A stretch of DNA of 12,440 nt from Candidatus Methylomirabilota bacterium (GTDB taxonomy: Bacteria > Methylomirabilota > Methylomirabilia > Rokubacteriales > CSP1-6): contig JBKPAK010000052.1 of the NCBI GenBank assembly GCA_046726415.1, positions 1 through 12,440 of the forward strand, given 5' to 3'. Within the stretch, counting starts at the first letter, position 1; the number at the start of each line of letters is the position of its first letter. Shown here in pieces: positions 6,662-12,440 of this stretch. Under the pieces are notes generated by a model, which searched no databases, was not told where the DNA came from, and saw nothing but the letters and a program-made list of their open reading frames with translations. Position numbers and translations under genes: made by a program.

Positions 6662-7645
6662 ATGGAAGCTGAGGTTCGGATCGAAAGGCATCTTGGCAGG
6701 TACGTGCGATCGGCGGTGCTGGGGCTGGGCGCTCTGGCGATCGTGGCCTCGCCGAGTCAATCAGCGGCGACCGGGGCCTCGCCTTTTCTGTCCCTGGGGA
6801 GCGACAACTTCTGTAGCCAGATCTTCGTGACCAACACCCAGAACCAACTGCTGCGGATCGGTCGCCCCCGCGAGTTGCTCGGCGAGGATAACTTCTTCTC
6901 GCGGCTCTTCGGGGATACGGTGTTCGTCCGATCGCGCCAGAGCATCACCGGTCTGGCGGCCGGGGAAAGCCTCGTGGGCATCGACGTGCGCCCGGCCAAT
7001 GGGGTTCTCTACGGATTGGGCCGCATCGGCACACAGGCCGTCGCCCAGCTCTACACCATCGACACTGGCACGGGCGAGGCGAAACCCGTGGGGCCGCGCG
7101 CGATTCCGCTGAACGGTGTCGCCTTCGGCGTCGATTTCAATCCAGTGCCGGATCGCCTCCGGATCGTGAGTGATGCCGGCCAGAGCATTCGAGTCAATCC
7201 CGACAATGCCGAGGTGGTGGGCACGGACACGATGATCGCGTACGCCGCGATGGGGGACCCGAACTCGGGCCGTGCGCCCCGGGTGGTTGCCGTCGCCTAC
7301 ACCAACCCGGACACCGACGGCCAGACCAACACCGTGCTTCACGACATCGACGTGGCTCGCGGGGCCGATCCCGATCGCGCCGGGGACGGTCTGGCCATTC
7401 AGGTTCCACCGAACGCGGGAACGCTCAACTCCGTTGGCGCCCTGCGGGTGGATGTCGGTGACGTCGGCGGGTTCGACATCGGGCCCGACAACGAGGCGTT
7501 CGCGGCTCTTCAGCAAGTGGGAAGCGCGTTCTCGCGGCTCTACTCCATCGATCTCGCATCGGGCGAGGCGACGAATCTGGGCCGGATCGGTGGAGGCGAA
7601 GTGGTCACCGGGCTGGCCATCGGCCTCGGGCCGCGGTGCAAGTAG
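6662..7645 (+). CDS. Secreted DUF4394-like (beta-propeller-type) protein
   Basis: Strong SD AAGGAGG before ATG 6662 and a signal-peptide-like N-terminus (RYVRSAVLGLGALAIVASPSQSAA). Family motifs GESLVGIDVRPANGVLYGL, FGVDFNPVPDRLRIVS, VAYTN, QVPPNAGTL and GFDIG. Confidence 0.85.
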   Translation: MEAEVRIERHLGRYVRSAVLGLGALAIVASPSQSAATGASPFLSLGSDNFCSQIFVTNTQNQLLRIGRPRELLGEDNFFSRLFGDTVFVRSRQSITGLAAGESLVGIDVRPANGVLYGLGRIGTQAVAQLYTIDTGTGEAKPVGPRAIPLNGVAFGVDFNPVPDRLRIVSDAGQSIRVNPDNAEVVGTDTMIAYAAMGDPNSGRAPRVVAVAYTNPDTDGQTNTVLHDIDVARGADPDRAGDGLAIQVPPNAGTLNSVGALRVDVGDVGGFDIGPDNEAFAALQQVGSAFSRLYSIDLASGEATNLGRIGGGEVVTGLAIGLGPRCK

Positions 7646-7656
7646 GCCTGACCACG

Positions 7657-7726
7657 TGGGGGCCTCGATATGACCCCCAAACCCCCGCGCGTTCAGAGCG
7701 CCCCGGCGAAGCCGGGGCGCTCCTCG
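7657..7726. repeat. REP-like double-hairpin extragenic element, copy 2
   Basis: TGGGGGCCTCGATATGACCCCCAAACCCCCGCGCGTTCAGAGCGCCCCGGCGAAGCCGGGGCGCTCCTCG, with a perfect 12-bp stem 7696-7707/7711-7722 and GAA loop. Colinear with 461-533 and likewise between convergent genes. Confidence 0.8.
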
Positions 7727-7759
7727 CTGTCCGGCGGCCCCTCCTCGCCCGGCCTTCAG

Positions 7760-9025
7760 CTACTTGTGGCTGGCTCTCTCGCGGGTGCGCTGGAGCATCG
7801 AGCGCACGAGCGTCGCCACCGCCTCGCCCTGCACCTGGTTCACCACCCACGTGGGGAGTGCACCGCCGGGATCGCTGAACACCTCATAGCGCACCGCGGC
7901 CCCCCGGCCCTCCGGTCCGGGCTCGATCAGCCAGCGTCCCCGGATCGACGCGATGCGAATGTGGCTCCGGTCGGGAGGTGGGCCGGCCTCGTTGGCGGTC
8001 ACGAAGACAATCTCGTAGCGCTGGGCCTCGGTATCCACCCGCCTCTGGAGGCGGACTGTGTAGTCGCGATCCCTCGCCAGCGGGATCTCGATCTGCTCGT
8101 ACGCCACCCGCTCGTCGCCCGCTTCCGCGAGCAGATCGAGTCGCTTGAGGTAGGGCACGAACTGAGGATGGTCCTGCTGTCTCCAGACCGTGTCGAAGAT
8201 CGCAGCGGGAGAGAGCGAGCTCTGGGTCGTCGCGCGGACCTCGTAGAACGCCGAGCCTTCGTTGGCCCGGCGCTCGATGAGGAGCCCGTCCTTGTTGGAC
8301 AGGACCTGCCATTCGGTGGCGGACGCAGCCAGCGCAGACAGGATGACCACCAGAAGTGCGGCGATCAGCCCCGCCGATGTCGGGAAGGCGCGGCTCATCC
8401 GGCCGTCGGCGGTATCACCGTCTGGGGCCCCGCCCGTGGTGCGAAAGATGTGATCCCATAGCGGAGAGCTGACACCCCAGCGCGCCTCCGGAGTCGCGAA
8501 ATGATGAAGCATGTGCCAGCGTTGCAAGAATCGCCCGAGCCGCGTGCGAGGCCGGCCACGGTGCGCGGCGACGTGGATGTAGTCGTAGGCGAGATAGCCG
8601 ATCAGGAAGAAGGCGAAGAAGGGCTCGACATACCGCGATCCCAGCAGGGCGCGGAACACGCCGTACAAGGTTGCCGCCGCGATGATGGCGGGGAGCGGCG
8701 GCATCACCAGGCGCGTGGGATCGGCCGGAGTCTCGTGATGGACGCCGTGCACGATGAACTGCAGCCGCCGCCGTATCGGCGTCGTGGCCTCGAGATGGAA
8801 CACGAAGCGATGCAACAGGTATTCCGTCAGGGTCCAGACGAGGAGGCCCGCCCCCGCGAGTAGGACCATCGTGCCAGCCCCCAGCCGAGGGGCCATGGTG
8901 GAGGACCACAGCAACCAGGCGATCACCGGCACCCAGAGCAGGAGCGCGGCCAGCGGATGAGCGTGTGAGAGGCGCTCGAGCAGGCGGTTCTCGAAGAGCC
9001 GGACGCTCCAGACTGAGGTTCGCAT
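7760..9025 (-). CDS. Fatty acid hydroxylase (FA2H/Scs7-like, sterol desaturase superfamily) fused to a C-terminal START/SRPBCC lipid-binding domain
   Basis: His boxes EYLLHRFVFH, VHGVHH, YDYIH and WHMLHHF, plus RLFENRLLERLS, RLVMPP and WGVSSPLWDHIFRT. After a hydrophobic linker come START motifs EWQVL..KDG, ARDRDY, RGRWLIEP and DPGGALPTWVVN. Start is 9025 or 9049. Confidence 0.85.
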   Translation of the reverse strand: MRTSVWSVRLFENRLLERLSHAHPLAALLLWVPVIAWLLWSSTMAPRLGAGTMVLLAGAGLLVWTLTEYLLHRFVFHLEATTPIRRRLQFIVHGVHHETPADPTRLVMPPLPAIIAAATLYGVFRALLGSRYVEPFFAFFLIGYLAYDYIHVAAHRGRPRTRLGRFLQRWHMLHHFATPEARWGVSSPLWDHIFRTTGGAPDGDTADGRMSRAFPTSAGLIAALLVVILSALAASATEWQVLSNKDGLLIERRANEGSAFYEVRATTQSSLSPAAIFDTVWRQQDHPQFVPYLKRLDLLAEAGDERVAYEQIEIPLARDRDYTVRLQRRVDTEAQRYEIVFVTANEAGPPPDRSHIRIASIRGRWLIEPGPEGRGAAVRYEVFSDPGGALPTWVVNQVQGEAVATLVRSMLQRTRERASHK

Positions 9026-9126
9026 GCTGGGCCCCCGCCCAACATACATCGGGCCGGTGGCGGTTGCCTACAAATCGCCCCTCCGGCGGCCGCACGAAGA
9101 GTCACCGTGGACGGCGCGTTTCTTTG

Positions 9127-9132
9127 TATCAT
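9127..9132 (+). promoter_or_regulatory. Putative -10 element for a leaderless transcript of the reductase-SPT-GNAT operon
   Basis: TATCAT in a T-rich patch, with 7 nt between it and the GTG at 9140. No SD precedes that GTG. Confidence 0.45.
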
Positions 9133-9139
9133 CGTCGCG

Positions 9140-10135
9140 GTGCGCACCCTTTTCCTCACCGGCGGCACCGGGTTCGTCGGGAGCCATGTTGCGCAGGAGT
9201 TCCTGGCCCGGGGTTGGAATGTCCGAGCGCTGGTGCGCCGGCCCGAGCGCGCGAGCCTGCTCCCGCCCGGCGTGGAGCCGGTGCGCGCCGACCTGCTCGA
9301 TCCGGCCCACTATCGCAGCGACTTGAGAGGCTGTGCCGCCGTCGTCCACTGCGCCGGCGCCACTCGTGCCCTCAGCCTCGCCGAGTTTCGCCGCACGAAC
9401 GTGTCCGGCGCCGAGGCTGTCGCCCGGGCCGCCAGCGAGTCGTGTCCCGACGCCATGTTCGTCTACGTCTCGTCGCAAGCGGCTGCCGGTCCCTCCCGGA
9501 CCGGGGCGCCAGTTCGGGAGAGTGATGCGTCCGCGCCCGTCTCCTGGTACGGGCGATCCAAACTGGAGGGCGAGCTGACCGTGGCCCGTCACCACCTCGG
9601 CCGCTGGTGCGTGGTGCGCCCGTCCGTGGTGTATGGTGCAGGTGACCCCGGCCTCATCGCCATGTTCCGCGTCGTCGCGCGCGGGGTGGCGCCGCTCCTC
9701 GCAGGGAGCCGTCGGCGCGTGCAGCTCCTCGCCGCCGAGGATCTGGCGAGGATCCTCTTTGCCACCGCGCAGCGACCCGACTTGCATGGCCGGCGAGCCT
9801 TCGCGGCCGGCGACACCGTGAGCGTGGAGGAGCTGGTCCGCGCGGTCGCCGCTCTTCGGACACCGCGCGCGCGCGTCATCGCGGTTCCCGGCCCTGCTGT
9901 CCGCGTCTTGGGAGTGCTCGCGTCCCTCCAAGGGGCGCTCACCCGCACAGCCTCAGCCTTCAACCTCGACAAGGTCAAAGAGATGCTCCAGCCCGACTGG
10001 CTTTGCGACAGCGAGCCCTTCCTGCGGGATCTGCAGGTCACCACGGCCATTCCCTGGCAGGAGGGCATCCGACACACTTGCCGCTGGTACGTGCATGCGC
10101 GGTGGCTGGCGCCCACTGCGTTCGCGGGCGTATGA
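9140..10135 (+). CDS. NAD(P)-dependent epimerase/dehydratase-family extended SDR; candidate ceramide (3-oxo) reductase, CerR-like
   Basis: Motifs TGGTGFVG, VVHCAG, VYVSSQAAAGP, catalytic YGRSK and VRPSVVYG. Start placed at GTG 9140 (MRTLFLTGG). The specific function is inferred from gene context only. Confidence 0.85.
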   Translation: MRTLFLTGGTGFVGSHVAQEFLARGWNVRALVRRPERASLLPPGVEPVRADLLDPAHYRSDLRGCAAVVHCAGATRALSLAEFRRTNVSGAEAVARAASESCPDAMFVYVSSQAAAGPSRTGAPVRESDASAPVSWYGRSKLEGELTVARHHLGRWCVVRPSVVYGAGDPGLIAMFRVVARGVAPLLAGSRRRVQLLAAEDLARILFATAQRPDLHGRRAFAAGDTVSVEELVRAVAALRTPRARVIAVPGPAVRVLGVLASLQGALTRTASAFNLDKVKEMLQPDWLCDSEPFLRDLQVTTAIPWQEGIRHTCRWYVHARWLAPTAFAGV

Positions 10136-10170
10136 CGGCGAGGAACGTTCGCGCATCGGAGGAGGTGTTC

Positions 10171-11403
10171 ATGCCGGACGCTGCGGCACCCCCGGTGGAC
10201 ATCGCTCCAACCCCTCTGCCCGTGTTCGACAAGTGCCGGGTGCTGACCGACCGGGTGGCGGAGGCACGGGCGGCCGACGCGTACTGCTACTTCCGGCCGA
10301 TCGAGTCGGCGCAGGAGCCGGAAGTCGTGGTGGGCGGGCGGACGCTGGTCATGCTGGGGTCGAACAACTACCTCGGGCTCACCAACCACCCGAAGGTGAA
10401 GGAAGCGGCCATCCAGGCGGTGCGGCGCTACGGCACCGGATGCGCGGGCAGCCGGCTACTGAACGGAACGCTCACCATGCACGAGGCGCTGGAAGAGAAG
10501 CTGGCGCGCTTTGTCGGCAAGCCGGCGGCGGTGACCTTCTCCACCGGCTTTCAGGTGAACCTGGGGGCGATCTCCTGCCTGCTCGATCGCGGCGACGCGG
10601 TGTATCTCGACAAGCAAGATCACGCCTGCATCATCGACGGGGCGCGCCTGTCGTTCGCGCACATCCGCAAGTTCGCCCACAACGACCCAAGCGAGCTGCG
10701 GCGCCTCATGGCGGCCGAGCGCGGCGCCCGCGGGCGCCTGGTCGTGGTGGACGGCGTGTTCTCGATGGAAGGCGACATCACCCCCCTGCCGGACATCGTG
10801 AAGGTGGCGCGTGACTACCAGGCCGCCGTCATGGTGGACGATGCCCATGGCCTCGGCGTCCTCGGGCGCCGCGGACGCGGGACTCCCGAGTATTTCGATC
10901 TCGTGGACGAGGTCCACCTCATCATGGGCACGTTCTCTAAGTCGCTGGCCTCCATCGGCGGCTTCATCGCCGGGGACCGCGACGTGATCACCCACATCCG
11001 GCACACCGCCCGGAGCCTCATCTTCTCCGCCGCGCTCGCCCCGGCGGCCGCTGCCGCGGCGGGAGCGGCCGTCGACATCATCGACAGCGAGCCGGAGCGC
11101 CGGGAGCAGCTCTGGCGCAACGCGCGCTTCCTCAAAGGCGGGCTGTCGAGCCTCGGCTTCTGCACCGGCGACTCCCAGACCCCGGTCGTTCCGATCATCG
11201 TGGGCGACGACGACCGCGCCTTCGCGATGACGCGGCGGCTCGATGAGGAGGGGGTCTTCGTCAATCCGGTCATTTCGCCGGCCACGCCCCCCGGCCGGGC
11301 CCTCCTCCGCACGAGCTGCATGGCCACCCACACGGAGGCTCATCTGTCGCGGGCGCTCGAGGCCTGCGCCCGGGTCGGGCGGGAGTTCGGCATCATCGCG
11401 TAG
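10171..11403 (+). CDS. spt: PLP-dependent alpha-oxoamine synthase, most likely serine palmitoyltransferase
   Basis: Motifs GSNNYLGL, YGTGCAGSRLLNGT (the LNGT variant of bacterial SPTs rather than BioF/Kbl), DHACIIDG, DGVFSMEGD, DDAHG and GTFSKSL (PLP lysine). SD GGAGGAGGTG precedes ATG 10171; an alternative in-frame ATG at 10132 overlaps the upstream TGA. Confidence 0.8.
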   Translation: MPDAAAPPVDIAPTPLPVFDKCRVLTDRVAEARAADAYCYFRPIESAQEPEVVVGGRTLVMLGSNNYLGLTNHPKVKEAAIQAVRRYGTGCAGSRLLNGTLTMHEALEEKLARFVGKPAAVTFSTGFQVNLGAISCLLDRGDAVYLDKQDHACIIDGARLSFAHIRKFAHNDPSELRRLMAAERGARGRLVVVDGVFSMEGDITPLPDIVKVARDYQAAVMVDDAHGLGVLGRRGRGTPEYFDLVDEVHLIMGTFSKSLASIGGFIAGDRDVITHIRHTARSLIFSAALAPAAAAAAGAAVDIIDSEPERREQLWRNARFLKGGLSSLGFCTGDSQTPVVPIIVGDDDRAFAMTRRLDEEGVFVNPVISPATPPGRALLRTSCMATHTEAHLSRALEACARVGREFGIIA

Positions 11404-11414
11404 GCGCTTGGCCG

Positions 11415-12440
11415 ATGGCCGGCGAGCTGCGTCTCGAGGAGCTGTCACGCGACCGGGCGGGTCTGCGCCGGTTCCTTCGCGTTCCCTACGGGGTCTACCG
11501 CAACGATCCGCACTGGGTGGCGCCCCTGCTGAGCGACCGCCGCCAGGTGCTCGGTCCGGACAACCCCTTCTTCCGCCACGCGCAGATGGCTCTCTGGGTG
11601 GCGACGCGCGCCGGCCGCGACGTCGGCAGCGTGGCGGGGATCGTCGACGAGCATCACAACGCACGCCACCGCGAGACCACTGCCTTCTTCGGGTTCTTCG
11701 AGTCGGTGGACGACATCGCGGTGAGTCAGCTGCTACTCGATGCGGTGCGCGGGTGGGCCCGCCGCCTCGGGATGACGCGTCTGCTGGGCCCCATGAACCC
11801 GTCGATCAACGAGGAGTGCGGGCTGCTCGTCGAGGGGTTCGACGCGCCCCCAGTCGTCATGATGACCTACAACCCCCGTTACTACGCGGAGCTGTTTGCC
11901 AAGGCCGCGCTCAGGCGGTGCAAGGACCTGCTCGCCTACGATGTGGCCCTGGATGGCAGGCTGCTCGCGCGCCTCGAGCGCCTTGCCGCGCGGGCGCTTG
12001 ACCGCGCCGGCGGGGTGACCGTTCGACCCGTCGCCAAGCGCGCGTTCGCGCGGGATCTCGCGAAGATCCAGGAAGTCTACAACACCGCCTGGGAGGACAA
12101 CTGGGGCCACGTGCCCATGACGCCGGCCGAGATCGAGTTCATGGCCAGACGGCTCGCACCGCTGCTGGAGGAAGAGCTAGTCCGGCTGGCCGAGACGAAG
12201 GAGGGGGCGCCGGTGGGCTTCATCCTGGGTATGCCCGATCTGAACGAGCCTCTCGGCCGGCTTCGCGGCCGCCTCTTCACTCCGCGGTTGGCTCTGACTC
12301 TGCCCTACCTCATCAGGTTCAGGCGTCCGCGGTTTACGCGCGTGATCGCGCTGGGGGTCAAGCGCGAGTATCGACAGCGCGGCATCGACGCGGCGCTGAT
12401 CGCGCCCTGCCTGCGAGCGATGTTGCGCGGCGGCTACCAG
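11415..12440 (+). CDS. GNAT-fold N-acyltransferase, bacterial ceramide synthase (bCerS)/YghO-like; 3' end outside window, absent from ORF track
   Basis: Manual translation from ATG 11415 is open for 342 codons to the window end: MAGELRLEELSRDRAGLRRFLRVPYGVYRNDPHWVAPLL...NPFFRHA...AFFGFFESVDD...GPMNPSINEECGLLVEGFD.PP.VMMTYNPRYY...YNTAWEDNWGHVPMT...PDLNE...LGVKREYRQRGIDA (acyl-CoA-binding motif A). Confidence 0.88.
   Translation, partial: MAGELRLEELSRDRAGLRRFLRVPYGVYRNDPHWVAPLLSDRRQVLGPDNPFFRHAQMALWVATRAGRDVGSVAGIVDEHHNARHRETTAFFGFFESVDDIAVSQLLLDAVRGWARRLGMTRLLGPMNPSINEECGLLVEGFDAPPVVMMTYNPRYYAELFAKAALRRCKDLLAYDVALDGRLLARLERLAARALDRAGGVTVRPVAKRAFARDLAKIQEVYNTAWEDNWGHVPMTPAEIEFMARRLAPLLEEELVRLAETKEGAPVGFILGMPDLNEPLGRLRGRLFTPRLALTLPYLIRFRRPRFTRVIALGVKREYRQRGIDAALIAPCLRAMLRGGYQ

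Noticed and set aside
10003-11403. Annotation as BioF or Kbl, and the start at 10003
   Set aside because: The GSRLLNGT motif and the SDR/GNAT/hydroxylase context favour SPT, and no bio or tdh genes are nearby. The 10003 start overlaps the upstream gene by over 130 nt.
10456-11664. Other long overlapping ORFs (e.g. 10456..11664, 3086..4219, 1661..2554, 9068..9931)
   Set aside because: Alternative-frame or antisense shadows of well-supported genes, with Arg/Pro/Gly-rich composition and no family motifs.
4306-12440. Functional link between glmS and the ceramide locus (amino-sugar glycosphingolipid)
   Set aside because: They are separated by an unrelated gene, have separate promoters, and no glycosyltransferase is in the window; only proximity supports a link.

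Overview
GC-rich bacterial chromosomal window. Left to right it carries the 3' end of an FtsX/MacB-type ABC permease, a REP-like double hairpin amplified into an 81-bp tandem array, and a secreted thermonuclease. Next come a D-2-hydroxyacid dehydrogenase divergent from an XRE/MmyB-type regulator (palindromic operator between them), a LysE/RhtB exporter, and glmS with a complete glmS ribozyme in its 5' UTR. A secreted DUF4394-like protein and a second copy of the REP-like element follow. The most notable part is 7760-12440, a putative bacterial ceramide/sphingolipid biosynthesis locus. It has an extended-SDR reductase (CerR-like), a serine palmitoyltransferase-like oxoamine synthase and a GNAT-fold bCerS-like protein that is missing from the ORF track and runs off the window. 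Divergent from these is an unusual fusion of an FA2H/Scs7-like fatty acid hydroxylase to a probably exported START lipid-transfer domain. All family calls are from motif recognition by eye; no searches were run.
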